A stretch of DNA of 53,310 bases, the filler included, from Sluysia triapertura (taxonomy: Eukaryota), in assembly GCA_046118255.1 (NCBI GenBank). It is 3 parts of 3 records of this genome, joined end to end, with 100 filler letters (N's around TTAATTAATTAA, not from the genome) between each part and the next. Parts side by side here need not be neighbours in the genome. Positions count along the whole stretch, not along the records: positions 1 to 14,123 come from JBJNIA010262728.1; 2 more parts are not named here. One strand, written 5' to 3'. Below the pieces are notes generated by a model that saw nothing but the letters and a program-made list of their open reading frames with translations, made no database searches and had not been told where the DNA came from. Of the stretch, positions 1 through 13,146 are shown one piece after another (the stretch's first letter is position 1; each line of letters begins with the position of its first letter). The position numbers were made by a program, and so were the translations under genes.

Positions 1-101
1 TCGATACTAATAATAATGATAATAATAACGATACTAATAATAATGTAATAATAATAATGATAATAATAACGATCCTAATAACAATGTAATAATAATAATA
101 A
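1..101. repeat. (AAT)-derived compound minisatellite
   Basis: Three recurrences of CGAT(A/C)CTAATAA within AAT/GAT triplets. Confidence 0.8.
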
Positions 102-102
102 T

Positions 103-312
103 TTATTCTATGACCACATTCGTCAGATTCATACCTTCACTGAATGTGGATGAAGCAAATTTTCTCTCAGATACTATTTGTGCTGCTTCTGATAAATCGT
201 GCTCACTTGGCTCTTGATCGGTAGTGTCATGGACAGCATCAGCGTCGTCATGCAATGGTTCATTACACAATTTCAATAATCGACCAACAGTTGACGTCAC
301 CAACATTGATGC
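103..312 (-). CDS. CAMK4: CaMKIV-like kinase, terminal exon (end of CaM-binding helix, acidic tail)
   Basis: Follows a 41-nt phase-0 GT-AG intron (313-353); reads ASMLVTSTVGRLL...NVVIE then TAA. Confidence 0.85.
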   Translation of the reverse strand, partial: ASMLVTSTVGRLLKLCNEPLHDDADAVHDTTDQEPSEHDLSEAAQIVSERKFASSTFSEGMNLTNVVIE

Positions 313-353
313 CTAAAGTATAGGATTACGAAATTACAATTTTTAAATAGTAC

Positions 354-630
354 TTTCATTTTCCGTTTGGCATTAAAATTTTTAAGATTATTTTGTGTTT
401 CGTCCATTTGTTGCGATTTAGCACCTTCTCCACGCACCCAGGCATGTTGCAATGCTTGTTTAGCAGTTAGTCGGTCTCCGGGAGCTTTCATTAACAACTT
501 TTGTATTAGATCTTTTGCATTCAAACTGACATTATCCCACCATGGTGACACGAAAGAAAATTCAGCTTTGATAATATTTTTGAACATTGTACTGTCGTTT
601 TGATTATAAAACGGTTCAAATCCGCATAAT
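354..630 (-). CDS. CAMK4: CaMKIV-like kinase exon (C-lobe and start of autoinhibitory/CaM-binding segment)
   Basis: LCGFEPFY...FSFVSPWWDNVSLNAKDLIQKLL...RLTAKQALQHAWVRG...MDETQNNLKNFNAKRKMK. ttcAG acceptor at 632-631, GT donor at 353. Confidence 0.95.
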
Positions 631-649
631 CTGAATATTGAAATTTGAT

Positions 650-930
650 AAATTATTATTATCATTATAATTATCATTATTATTACCATTATTATAACTA
701 TTATAATTATAATTATTATTATTACTATAATTATAACTATTATTGTCATTATTATTGCAACTATTATTATCATTATTATTATCATTATAATTATCATTAT
801 TATTACCATTATTATAACTACTATAATTATAATAATTATTATTACTATAATTATAACTATTATTGTCATTATTGCAACTATTATTATCATTATTATTATC
901 ATTATAATTATCATCATTATTATTATTACT
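650..930. repeat. Intronic (ATT)-derived minisatellite with ~120-bp higher-order unit (~2.3 copies)
   Basis: 661-780 recurs almost base for base from 781 (a few substitutions and one triplet deletion). Confidence 0.9.
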
Positions 931-942
931 ATTTCAACTTAC

Positions 943-1093
943 AGAATATACGTAATAACTCCCACACTCCACAGATCCACTTCTTTTCCGTAAGCAACCC
1001 CCAATAAAATTTCAGGAGCACAATATCCAGGTGTTCCGCAAACAGTCATAGTATGAATGTCATCTTCCAAAATCTTAGCAATTCCAAAATCAG
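943..1093 (-). CDS. CAMK4: CaMKIV-like kinase exon (DFG, activation loop, APE)
   Basis: (A)[64 protein letters not shown] is typical of CaMKIV. ttttAG acceptor, GTAAGT donor at 942. Confidence 0.95.
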
Positions 1094-1304
1094 CTAAAAG
1101 ATGCGTAGGATAAAATATAGTAATAAAATACTAAAATTCCTTTTTACCATTGTTTTATTGTTTTCAGTTTTATTTAAAAAATTGTTTTATAAATATACAA
1201 ACATTTAAATTTAATAAAAATATACTACTTAACATAAACATTCATTACTATATTGATTATCAAAATTTGTCAACAAATGTGCTACTTATTTTTTTAAGTA
1301 ACTA

Positions 1305-1568
<264 letters not shown>

Positions 1569-1618
1569 TCAGTGGATAAATTATTATCATTATTGTTTAA
1601 CAGTATTTATTATATATA

Positions 1619-2160
1619 TAGTGGTAACCAAATTATTAGACTAAAACAGCGAAAAATATGTTTTTCTTTGGTCTTCCAAACATGAATCACATAGAAAATA
1701 TGTGGCAGATTGTCAAAAAGAAAGTTTTTACCAACCACCAAGATAGAACTTATTGAAACCCTGATAAAAATATGGCATCACGATGAAGAGATCAAAGACT
1801 TGTGCCCCAAGTTCATTCATGGCATCAGGAAATTATTGGATAACAAAGGAGGGCAAACAAAGTACTGATACAACAATTTGATTTGTAGTAAATTGTGTTA
1901 TCATTCTACATGAATAAAATTTCGGTATATTTTGGATCTCAGTATTTTTATCTCTTATTTTACTTTCACCAGAATTTTTTGGAGAACGTAGTTATTTTCT
2001 AACATTTTATATTTTCTATGACAACGTTTGATTAATAGTTTCATAGAATACTCGAAAAATGTTGAATTTTATCACACAAATGGTCTTTAGTCTAATAATA
2101 ATAATATCTATAATCTTCTTTTTCGATCCATTTTTTTAACTCGAATTCTAAAATCACTGT
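1619..2160 (+). mobile_element. Internally deleted Tc1-type DNA transposon
   Basis: Begins at a (TA)n run. Perfect 14-bp inverted repeat ATTATTAGACTAAA (1632-1645) / TTTAGTCTAATAAT (2086-2099). Coding relics PNMNHIENMWQIVKK (like SPDLNPIENLW) and KGGQTKY* (1845-1868), the usual Tc1 C-terminus. Confidence 0.85.
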
Positions 2161-3664
2161 TAAATCGTTTTAATCTTCTTTGCGACTTAACTATTGTATT
2201 TTTGTCATTTATTTTGACAAATAGATATTGTGGCGTAATAATTGAATGTATTAAGAAAAATATCTAGAAATATTATATCAACTCCGTTGACACTAACTAA
2301 AACTCCTGTGTAAATGAAAATATAATATTTACTTTAAAAAAACATCATACGACATGAAATGAAGATTTTCGAATCCTTATATATTTTCGTTTTATTTTCG
2401 TCTTCAATTTCTTTGTCTTGATGATATTATGAATGATGATGATGCTTTTTCGAAGTCCGATTTTTAGATTTCCTAAAGTCAAAATTTTAAAACTGAAGTA
2501 ATATTTTGAAAGAGAATTGTGTGATGGTTTTGAATAAACAAAAGTAGAAATATTTGCAAAAATTACAAAAAAGAAAAGACAACGAAATGGTTGAGAATAT
2601 TTATTTAACTAAAACGAATAAAACGAACATTTCCAATTGGACGAAATAAATTATGCAAAGTTAATTTAATGGTAATTATTTTAAATTCAAAGATTAATTA
2701 TTGGTATAAATACATTTTATATTCTGTTGACGTAATTTCAAGATTTTCAAAAGCAATTCCAGTTAAATCAAAGATTGATAAAAATGACTGTATCGATATT
2801 AAATGTAAACATTAAATTTTCAACTGCTTTAAGTAAAGAATTTTACAAAAAGTGTGAAAAATTAACTGTTTAGCAGAACTGCAAGTACTTTACAAAGCAA
2901 GGTAATAAAAAGTGGGTTGATTATTGCCAAATATAATTAATGTATGTGTTAAATTATCTATTAAAACTGTATATAATTATTATTATATAAAACTGTATTA
3001 TTATATAATTATTATAATACAGAAAAATATAATATAAATTAAAAATTAAGTCAAAATGTAATAAACAATAAAGTGAATAAAATAATGGTAATTAAATTAA
3101 GAGGGAAAAATAATAATATAAATACAATAAGATAATGACAGACTATAGTCTAAATGAAATAATATCAAAAAAGTAATTTCACTATATATTACTGTATTAC
3201 AAAAATTGGAAAATATCGTTATTATGGAAGAAATCAATTATAAGTAGATGGGTTTCAGTCAACAATTTGCAATTTTTATTTGAAGAATATTTGTTAGAGA
3301 AGAATAAGTTATAAAATGAAGATATTCCACTGCCGATCGAGTTAAATGTATTTGTTATATTCGAATCAAGGTATTTGAATAATTGACATTTTACAATTTA
3401 AAAAACATTAATATTTAATAGTGAATATTCATCAGAATAACACTTAAAATAATTAAAGTGTTAAATTTAAACTTAATTTTAAAAGAAATTTACGAGCACA
3501 CAAAACATAACTACGTGTGATATATTTTATATTGTGAATATTATCCGAATTGTTTGCAGACTTTGTATTTGTTACTTAAATATTATAAATAAACTTTTAG
3601 TGAGTTTAGTTTACATTATTTGAATTTTAAAGAGAAGAGCTTGAATGTTAACGTTAATCAAACA

Positions 3665-3790
3665 AAACTGCACTTCCACCTCTTGTTATTATTATAAGTG
3701 TTAGAAAATAGTTATCTTAGCATCTACAAGTGAAGTAGAAGCCATTATCAAAGACATAAAATCTTAAAATCACAACTTTTTATTCCAACA
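3665..3790 (+). repeat. Dispersed repeat, possibly LTR-derived; second copy at ~10636-10810
   Basis: Shared blocks TGCACTTCCA-CTCTT, TCTTA-CATCTACAAGT-AAGTA and AAGACATAAAATC in the same order in both copies. Confidence 0.6.
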
Positions 3791-5734
3791 GACGGAGGTC
3801 ATGGATGTTGTTATAAAATTTAAAAGTTGAAGAAAATTTGATCTCTATGAAAATTTTATTGACCGAATGAAAATCATTATAAAAATTGCTAAAATAAAAT
3901 AAGCTTAAATAATATAAGTCGAAATATATTGAACGTATATTCATAATTTTAAAGTTCGTAATACCTGGTACTCTTTAAAATATGAACAAGGTATTATCTT
4001 CTGAATAAACATTAAAATTAAAATTATGTAATTTTGAACATAATTCAATTAAATTAACAATGTTTTATAATCAACAGAGTTATGATGGATTAATAGTTTT
4101 TCACATTCGACTTAAATATGTTTTAACAAACTGATTATATGTTTATTTGCCAAAAGTGGTTCACTTTCAAACTTTTTTGCATTTTATTGTTAACAAATTT
4201 ATGTTATCCATTAATAAGTTGGTAATCTTCAATAGAAATTCAAAACCCCTAACCACTTATAAATTGGTACACACACGCTTTTAACAAATTAAGCTTAATT
4301 TCTGATCCAATTCTTAATTTTTTTCAATGCATTGTAAATTTTCAACAGTAATTTCATGCTTTTCATACTCGATAATAATATTGTTACAATAATTTAAAAC
4401 ATCTTGCTTATAACTTTTGTATAATTGTCCATTATTTTCTTTTTAGTTCGATTTTACAATGAAACTGAATGTAATATTTTGAATGTGTCACTAGTGTTGT
4501 TATTGTGCAATATGTTCAAAATTAAAAGATGTGAATTAGCTATAATGTTTAAAATGGAACAATAGTTTCGAGTTTATGTTGACCCTCATTCCATTTTAAT
4601 CTAAAAAGGTTTTGGCTTATCTAAACACCGTCTCCTAGTAGGTGTAAAACGTACAGTACAGGCCAACCTAACTTATCAGTAATCTTTTTGTTTCCATTAT
4701 GTTGAATGTTTTTCTTTATTTACACATTAACTCATACGTTAACATAAAATTATACATGGTTCATTGAAACATAATTAAAAAACTTTAAAATGCTTTTTTG
4801 ATAAAACAATCACACTAAATCATTTCTTGAAAATGTCGAAACCACAAAATTTTACAGACTACCGTTGTATTTCAGAAAGTAGACTAATTAGTATTCGAAC
4901 CTATGACCTCACTACACAGCCAGTGAAAAATTTGATAATATATTTAGATAAATAAAGAAGTCTTTTAGATTTTATCTACTAGTTATACTCATTTCTTATC
5001 TTTGGCACGAGCATACTTTTATAGTTTTTTCAGCGTGGTACTGTTCTCTTTGATCTATCAGTCCAAAACTAACCATTTGTTTGTACTATAGTCAACTATG
5101 CGATGCCTTAATATACTATATTAATTCATATTTTTTCAGTCATCGGAAAAATATAAAATAAAAATCTAAAACTTAATTTATGGAAACAATAATAGTTCAA
5201 ATCGAGGTATTAATTTTTACGAAATTGGAATTTCGAAAATGTAAAGTGTTTGTTTTAGTGGGAAACAGGTGTTTAATCCACTTTTAAGTATTAATATTAG
5301 TTTGTATAACTATTTAACTTTTCATTTATTTATATTATGATAAATTGTTTATACTATATTAGTTATAAATGATATAGAAATGTATATATATCCGACTTTA
5401 AAATACTGTCTAAAATGACTAATTGTGATAGGTAAATGATAAAATCATATATATTTTATTATCAGATCTCTTTGCAATCGATTTTCGAATATCCGATTTC
5501 ATCTGCATCAGACATGAATAAGTCGTTTCAAATGGACAAATATTTTAATTTCTACGATTCAGACATTGGAATTAAACGAAGTAATTTTTATTTGATGTGT
5601 TGTTTGTGATAAAATTCGTTTATGATTCTTCATAAGTTTCTGATAAATAGTTTATTACTCTAGTTTCAGGAAAGCTGAAATAAATGTAAAATAGTCGTTA
5701 CTTACAAAACTTTCCCTTTCTGTTCTACTCATTA

Positions 5735-6760
5735 AAAATTTGAATCAGGAGTAAAGAAACATCTCGTGAGTGACTTTTTACTCTTCTTAAATTAAAAAAA
5801 TTTTAAACTACGATTTCATCAGAAGATTTTGACAGAAAATGGCACAGCGTGAAATAATTGAATGTGTATGTAAAAAACGAAAAAAATTGGTAACTTGTAC
5901 ACGAAACAGAAGTAAATTTGAATAAAAACTGTTTTGGATACAAACAGTATTATTTAATTCCTGACAAATCATTTTTTAAAAATTCCACTCTTTCTTGCAA
6001 TAATTTAAAAATTAATTAATCATTATATGTGTAAATATCCAAGACTTTCAAATTAATAATTATTTCAAAAAAATATTATCTGAACTTATTAAACGAATGC
6101 CTGCTCCAGACTTCAGAAACAACAAACTCGGTTGCCTAAACAAAATTGTCCAAATCGATGAGACAACGTTACACTACAAAGCTAAAAGTCACCGAGGAAG
6201 AAGTTCGATGAACAAAAGTGATGCTCTGTGTATCGTTCGATAAGGAAAGTAATTCCAAATAAACTTGCATCAACTCTAATTCCTATTATTTGTTCACAAG
6301 TTGCTTCACATAGTCTTATGGGAAATTACTAGAATTCAATTTTATACATGAAGTAGTAGAAAGCAGTAGAACATTTTAATAATATTAAAAACGAAATAAA
6401 GTTGAGAAAAGGTGTGAAGACTGAAATGATTTTAAATGAGGTTTAGCAACTAAGAAAATTTGCGAGCTGCAGTTTTCAATTTAATTAAAATTTAGTTTTT
6501 TGTATTTGTTTTAAAAATTTGTATTAGTTTTTCATGGAAAGTATAATTAGTTGTTAAAATTTTGTTTATTTTTTGGGGATTGAATTTTTAGTCTTGTTCG
6601 CGGCGGGTTTAACTTTTTACTTCTGATTCAAATTAAACATTTTGATTTTGCATGTATGCATAATTTCGCAAAAATGTTTATTTCTGATTCAAATTAAACT
6701 TTTTGATTTTGCATGTATGCAAAATTTCGCAAAAAGGTTTATTTTGGGAGTAATATGACC
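5735..6760 (+). mobile_element. Degenerate Merlin (IS1595/ISXO2-like) DNA transposon
   Basis: KLGCLNKIVQIDETTLHYKAKSHRGR (6124-6201) matches the Merlin GxxxIV[EQ]IDExxxxxxKxxRGR motif; C-terminal relic NNIKNEIKLRKGVKT. Subterminal inverted match AATTTGAATCAG-AGTAAA (~5737 vs ~6616-6634). Stops and frameshifts present. Confidence 0.8.
6621..6742. repeat. 61-bp tandem duplication in the Merlin 3' subterminal region
   Basis: TTCTGATTCAAATTAAAC-TTTTGATTTTGCATGTATGCA-AATTTCGCAAAAA-GTTTAT starts at both 6621 and 6682. Confidence 0.9.
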
Positions 6761-7662
6761 TAATAACATCATTAATTTAATTTTAAACAAGTTGATATAC
6801 AATCTCAATAAAAAGCTAAATTTCCTAAAAAAGGAACATCTTCATTAAATTGCTAAAAATAGTATTTTCTATTTAATTGGTTAATATTATTTGTAATTTT
6901 AAATGTAATTTTTTTTACTTATTGATAATTCCTATAATATTTTTATATGTAAAATTCTTTAACACATTGAATGCCACGCTAATTTTACATAGCTTGCCCG
7001 TCTGGCCAAAATGAATTTCTCAGTATATTTTGATGAAATATTATTTACAACAAAAGCAGGCGACGATTTTGTAAAGTTTGCTGTTAAAACTGTTAAAATG
7101 ATGAAAAAAGTAAATATCAATGAATATTAATACCTCTAAGATTTAAAATAACTTCTCAAACAAGCTTATAAAAGTTTTTAATTCTGAAACATGTTAATTT
7201 TTGAAGTGCACATTTTCCATACTAATTAATTTTAGTAAACTTAAATACAAACGAACAATAATTACTCGTATTCAGTCGTACTAAGGTTTGATGTATACTT
7301 ATTCATATTGTGTGTATCCATCAGATTTATTATAATGAAATTTTTTTAATAATGTAAATTTATTTGTTTATATATAAAATTAAAAGTCATATTATAAAAT
7401 GGTAAAAAATCAATACAATTTCATAGTATTTCTTAAAGTAAAAACTAAAAACGATCATTTGACCGGGATTAAACTTTTGATTTATTTTAACAGTAATTTT
7501 ATTAAATATTAATGTTGCCAAATAAATTATAATTATTGTTACATTGGAGTAAAAATTATTTATGAAATTATATTGATACACAATGGAGTGAAAAGTGCTT
7601 CATTTCTATGGTTATTTTCGTTATTTTTATAGCACCTTTATAACTACTAAAATATTATTTAA

Positions 7663-7920
7663 CACGTTCATGGACACAAAAAAGTTGGGTTCGTGATGTG
7701 ACACATTGATTTTTTGATTGATTAATATTGGTTTTACATTAGTAATGCTAATTATAATAATACTTTTAGTATTTGAATGTAATTATTTGTACTAATTAGC
7801 ATGCGGCTATAACCGTCCTGTCATAATATATATACATGTGAACTAATGGTATGACAATGCCGAGTGTAACCGTATACGGTTACAGTCGCCTTTTTACTGC
7901 CGTCGTTGTCCGTGAATGTG
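7663..7920. mobile_element. piggyBac-like MITE (258 bp) with TTAA target-site duplication
   Basis: TTAA at 7659-7662 and 7921-7924. TIRs CACGTTCATGGACA / TGTCCGTGAATGTG (12/14). Perfect internal 20-bp palindrome at 7865-7884. Confidence 0.85.
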
Positions 7921-8094
7921 TTAAAAATAAGTAATTATAATTGGTAAAATTTGTGCTTTATTAATTGATATGTTTAAAAATCATAACTGTAAGTTACAAA
8001 TATATGTATAATTTATGTTGCATTATTAATTATCAAGGACATTGTTTAAAACTTCCAAATATAAAATTAATATTTAAATAATTTTCACTTTTAG

Positions 8095-8408
8095 AACCAG
8101 GATCTTGGTTGTTACAATCGACAAATTCGGTCCCCTTAATGATGCATACAAAAGTCAGTCCAACTGGTTGTTGTGGTAATGGTCTCATTTGGGTCAGTAG
8201 AAGCGATAAAATCAGCCCAGTTATGCTATTTGAATCATCTTGTGAACTTTTAGGTCATCGTTGGATTGAATGTTTTTCTAATATTTCAAATTCAAAGTCA
8301 CAAATTACTGGACTTCCTATTGTTTTAGAATGGCAACAAGTGGTTCAAGTTTCATGTGGAGCAAGTGGTACTTCAAGAGCTTTATGGATGATTCATAAAT
8401 CGAAAGAG
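8095..8408 (+). CDS. Tectonin beta-propeller repeat protein (TECPR1/2-like), internal exon
   Basis: Open exon with ttttAG acceptor and GAG|GTAAT donor. TKVSPTGCCGNGLIWV, LLGHRW and VVQVSCGASGTSRALWMI resemble tectonin blades. Phase-0 join to the exon at 10848. Confidence 0.75.
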
Positions 8409-8411
8409 GTA

Positions 8412-8412
<1 letters not shown>

Positions 8413-8461
<49 letters not shown>

Positions 8462-8480
8462 TTGATAATGATAATGATAT
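8413..8480. repeat. (AAT)n microsatellite
   Basis: Seen directly. Confidence 0.95.
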
Positions 8481-9814
8481 TAATATTTATGATTAGAATC
8501 TCTTATAAAGCTTTGTTTGGTATATATTATATTGGACTAGTTGATACGAGACTAAATATGGAATGACTCAAGATATGTTTTAATGTGACTAGAAATGGCT
8601 AAAGCCACTTATGAGAAGTTCACTAGTACAATAACGCTGCTGTTTTATGTTATTTTGGTGAATAAAACATTGAAAAACGTGTTTAGCATGGATCGAATTT
8701 CTGGATTTGAAGAAATAAAAAAGAGAAAATTATAATATGGTGGAGATATTTTTCATAAGCAGCTTCCCAAGGAATTTAATGTATACAAAATATCAAAATA
8801 AATTAAGACTATTTTTGTAAAATATTTAGTATAAAGTAATTGATAGTAAGAAAATAAATAAAATAGGCAGGGTGTTTATGGTAAAACTTTCCATGACATC
8901 GGATGAAACATCCTTAAAAGTCTGATTGGTTATTACGCAAGGGATTGTAAAGATTATTTTCGCAAGATCGGAGACCAGAAATATCCCTAGGGTCTTCTTA
9001 AACTGGAAAGGAATAACCTATAGTTAGTACTTACTATAGGCACTCGCTGGCACTGGACATCGTGATTAAAAGAGAAGTATTCGACGAACTAATTGAGGAT
9101 GGCCTCGTTATGTTATCCTCAATTCTATAATGCAAAGTTACAATTACATTTGAATCAGTCGGTAAAAAAGACATCTTATTTTAATGGATAACGTTTTACG
9201 TTAGAGTCTTGAATATTTATTTGGAGTAATAAAAATTTTGGTAACCAAGATAATTCTTTAAGGTGTAACAATTTAGAAAGAATACGAAGTAATAATGAGA
9301 CAAATTATAGATTTTGTACTGTTTTAGTTTTAAAATTGTACAACCAACTGCAATGAATTGTAAAAATCATGGAATATAACAAAACATTTAAAGACAGTAT
9401 TTGCTATTTACTAAATATTATAATGAAAGATTAATTCTAAGAGTTTTTGGGTATTTATTTTGTAGTAAATAGTAACGTTATATAAATTTATTATTATTTA
9501 TTATTATTATTAAGTATTATTATTATTAAGTATTATTATTATTATAAGTGTTGAGTTAATATTATTAAATTAATATTATGTTTAGTTAATATTTTAAAAA
9601 TTTCGCTTATGATAATAAAAATATGTAAATTATGTATAATTAAAATTAAATTACACACGTAAATTATAAAATTAAAATTATTATAATTATATACAATTCA
9701 AAATTTAAAATAAATTCTAAAACATAATTACGGTATTTTACAAATAGAAATAATCGAGTAAATATTTAATACAAGAACAATGGTCCTAAGAGACTGTAAT
9801 AGTAATGATACCTA

Positions 9815-10028
9815 TGGTAATGGTAAAAGTAATGACAAAAGCCCGTTGTTATTATCGTCATCAGTAATATTACAAAAAGCAAATAGTCAATAAAAGTATC
9901 TATTGTGAGATTAATGACAAAAACATATTGTTATCATCATTATAGCAAATAGCTAATAAAAGTATCTATTGTAATGGTAAAAAGTAATGACAAAAGCCTA
10001 TTGTTATTATCGTCATTAATATTACTAG
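9815..10028. repeat. Degenerate tandem repeat, ~3 units of 60-90 bp
   Basis: TAATGACAAAA...TTGTTAT occurs three times; AGCAAATAG...AATAAAAGTATCTATTGT occurs twice. Confidence 0.8.
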
Positions 10029-10847
10029 AATCTTATTATTTTATAAGAGAAATATTAAATAAAGAATATATAAATGTAATTATTTTATTACAAAAAGACA
10101 ACAACCATTAGTTTAAAAAAGCGTATATAAAGAAACAGCCAGAAGGTATGTTTATGAAATTGTGAAGACATATTTATTCTATTGTGAAAATTGTGAAGAA
10201 ATATCTGGTACACCCATATTTGGTTGCAGAGAAGATTACTAAAGATATTCGACGTTTGGCGTCAAGGTAAAGTTATCAGACAATATCAAGACATTTATCA
10301 TAAGGCATATTATGATTATTTCCCTTTAACACAACTTTGATTTAACGTAATTATTACCTGATTGCGATAATATTTGAATAATTACAAAATCTTCTAAAAT
10401 GTATTAAAAAATTTTTAATTACGTATGGTATTTGTGACTAAATTTTCTTTTATTTATTCAACAATAAACATTTGTATAATTTTATCCTTGTTATATTTGT
10501 TGATACAACCATTTTATATCAGTGTTTGTCAATTTTGTAATATCATCTGTTCCATAAATATTTAGTTGACAGTGTAAATAAACTGTTTAGATTATTTTGA
10601 TTAGTGAACTCGAATCCTAAAATCACATATTTAATATTGCACTTCCATCTCTTCCATCACAGATAAGTGAAATGTAACCTCCAGACACTATTATCGGTGT
10701 TATAATAATCATCTTAAACTCAAGTTATAATCTTAACATCTACAAGTAAAGTAACACGTAGTCAGTAACTAAGACATAAAATCATAAATAACTTCCATTT
10801 TTATTCTAAAATAATAAATGGTGAATGTAAAGAAATATTTATTAAAG

Positions 10848-11211
10848 ATATTTTGTTGGTGGTCCTACACGAAAATACGATCAATTTCAATTTCACGGCA
10901 ACTTGGACAAATCCAACAAATAGCTGCTTGTGGTCATACTGTTATTGCTTTAACAGCTAGTCACACTGAGCCAATTCAGCTTCTGATTCGAGTTGGTGTA
11001 TCAAATGAAAATCCAGCTGGAATGTTATGGAAAATTGTAAAATTACCAAATATTTTCCCATCTTCATTAGATCGCAATGATTTCCCACTTCCATTAATTG
11101 CTTGTACAGAATCAGATATTTGGCTACTACATGGTGATATTTTGTGTCGAATAAAAGCTTCTTCAGTAGTGACTCAAAATAATCCGGTTGAATGGAATAT
11201 AATGCCTTTCA
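10848..11211 (+). CDS. Tectonin beta-propeller repeat protein (TECPR1/2-like), next exon
   Basis: IQQIAACGHTVIALT...LLIRVGVSNENPAGMLWK fits the RxG[VI][ST]xxNPxGxxW tectonin repeat signature. AAG acceptor in phase 0. 3' end uncertain (donor at 11212 or 11219). Confidence 0.8.
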
Positions 11212-11218
11212 GTAATTT

Positions 11219-11289
<71 letters not shown>
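11219..11289. repeat. (TAT)n microsatellite
   Basis: Seen directly; source of the poly-Tyr tail in the ORF track. Confidence 0.95.
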
Positions 11290-13146
11290 GACTCTAAAAA
11301 ATTACGGAATTTTATATTAAAAATAAATTTATTTATTTAAACACTATTATTACTGTTATTATTACTATTGTAAGGTGTTATTAACGGTTTATTAATTAAT
11401 TCATGAAAATTTTATTTATTATGATTCTCACTTACTTTATGACTCTGTAAACTTTATGGAAATTAATTTGTGACTATTAACAACTTAAATCTGGTTACAC
11501 TAAATATTATCAAACAATTTTTAAATTTTAAAGGCACTATACTTTGTTATGAGTTTTGTCAACGTGAGTCCTGTTCGGTGGAGATGGAAGTGAAGATTAT
11601 AGGTAAAAATCATAGTTTATTATCCCTTCTTTAAATTATTTAAAGACATCCGAAATTCAAAATAAGATGCTTCTTATGTATGCAAATATAAAGAAAACTA
11701 AGCTTAAAATATCTTATTTTGATTTAATAAAATTTTAAAAAATTTCTTTAAAACAGATATAGCACAGATATATAGGGATTAGTGAAGGATAAGGAGAAAT
11801 GTAATAGTTATGACTCATGATAATAAAATAAAGTAAACATCATCGAAGAACTAAGATAAAGTATTATGATGAATTGTAATAATAAAATAAACGCATAAAA
11901 TATTTTAATCGAAACGAAATAATGAAAAATACGAAGAAATAACCTTTGCAAGGTTTTATTTGTTAAAGTAATAAAGTACATTTGTTAATTTGATACATAA
12001 TAAAAAATGTTTGCTCATGATAAAATAATATTAGATTTAGTGTATAATTATGAGTTTTATTAGTATTTTTAATGATGGATGTTACTAAAATTAGTCATTT
12101 TAAAAATGAGGTATTTCAATTAGTTTTTATAATTTAAAATTAAAGCTAAATATATTCCGATGCTTAAGCATAAGTAAAATGCATATTAACTTGATGCTCA
12201 TAAATATATCAATTAAAATATGTCATTGAACTCGACATGGAACATACGGTTGATGCACAACGATTAATGCAAAAGATTTCCATGAAAAATTAATTTAGTA
12301 TTTCATTAATTCTATCCTTAATTTAAGTTAATAAATTGCGCTATTGACAGAATAGCTACATAATAATGATATTAAAATTTAATTTAATGATTTTAAAAAG
12401 ATAAGAGGATTGTTTGTCACAAATCCCATTATCTCTGGATAATTAAAACGATAATGAAATTGAATACGGCGAAAATTACTGTTGGAATTTAATCATTAAA
12501 ATTAGTCGACTTATCACCGACTAAAAAGAATGAACGGTTTAATTTCCGTCTTGTCCAATTTCTAATTTCCCATCTCTCAGGTGATTGTTAACAGCTACAT
12601 ATACAGTCATATTTTCGCAGAAAAATCAGTACAAAAAACAAGAAAAGATAAAGAAGAAATTGAAGAATTCTTAGCTTTAGGAATGCTGCCTCAATTCATT
12701 TGAGGAAAACAGTGAAATTGAGGCATATTCTTCAGCAATCGGCTAAAATAAGTATTAGAGGAATTCAAAAATGGTTAGAAGTTTGTTTTAATACGAGAGT
12801 CTGTGTTTATTGATTTCATTTAAGTTGTGTCACCCCTTATAGTGATTTTTAATATTTAAAGATTTATAACTTTTTTTGGATAAGACATTATTATTAGATT
12901 AAAACTTTTACTTATAGAAAAATTTATTATGAATTCAAAATGTCGACTATATAATAATATTAATTCAAAATACTTATACATATATTTATTTTTAATACAA
13001 AATGACATCAAAAATTTTACATAAAATTATTTATATCTATGCTTCAAGCCGAGCTGGGGACATGCTGCTGTCATACTGGTCTTGGAAATTCTAAAATAAA
13101 AATCAAACATATAAGTTTGTTCTATCAAATTAAAATTAAGCTTTAC

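Noticed and set aside
367-603. Short ORFs in the track such as 367..603, 7387..7581, 22351..22533, 29900..30178, 31599..31913, 35279..35464, 37732..37923, 46126..46383, 48834..49064 and 50741..50965
   Set aside because: Antisense shadows of real exons or relics, or chance F/I/L/N/Y-rich frames in AT-rich DNA; no motifs.
645-1007. Tyr/His-rich + ORF and the Ile/Met-rich N-terminus of ORF 297..917
   Set aside because: Both are translations of the intronic ATT array. The kinase splices across 631-942, and retaining the intron gives an immediate TAA.
4885-4925. tRNA B-box-like GGTTCGAATAC on the - strand
   Set aside because: No A-box or cloverleaf; at most a SINE remnant.
6993-7109. AG/GT-bounded 39-codon frame as an upstream TECPR exon
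   Set aside because: It ends in phase 0 while the 8095 exon needs phase 1, has no propeller motif, and follows a piggyBac-like end at 6959.
9815-10028. CRISPR-like repeat/spacer appearance
   Set aside because: Units are degenerate and contiguous, with no unique spacers or cas genes, in a eukaryotic intron.
11212-11291. Poly-Tyr C-terminus of ORF 10818..11291
   Set aside because: Read-through into a (TAT)n microsatellite after probable splice donors.
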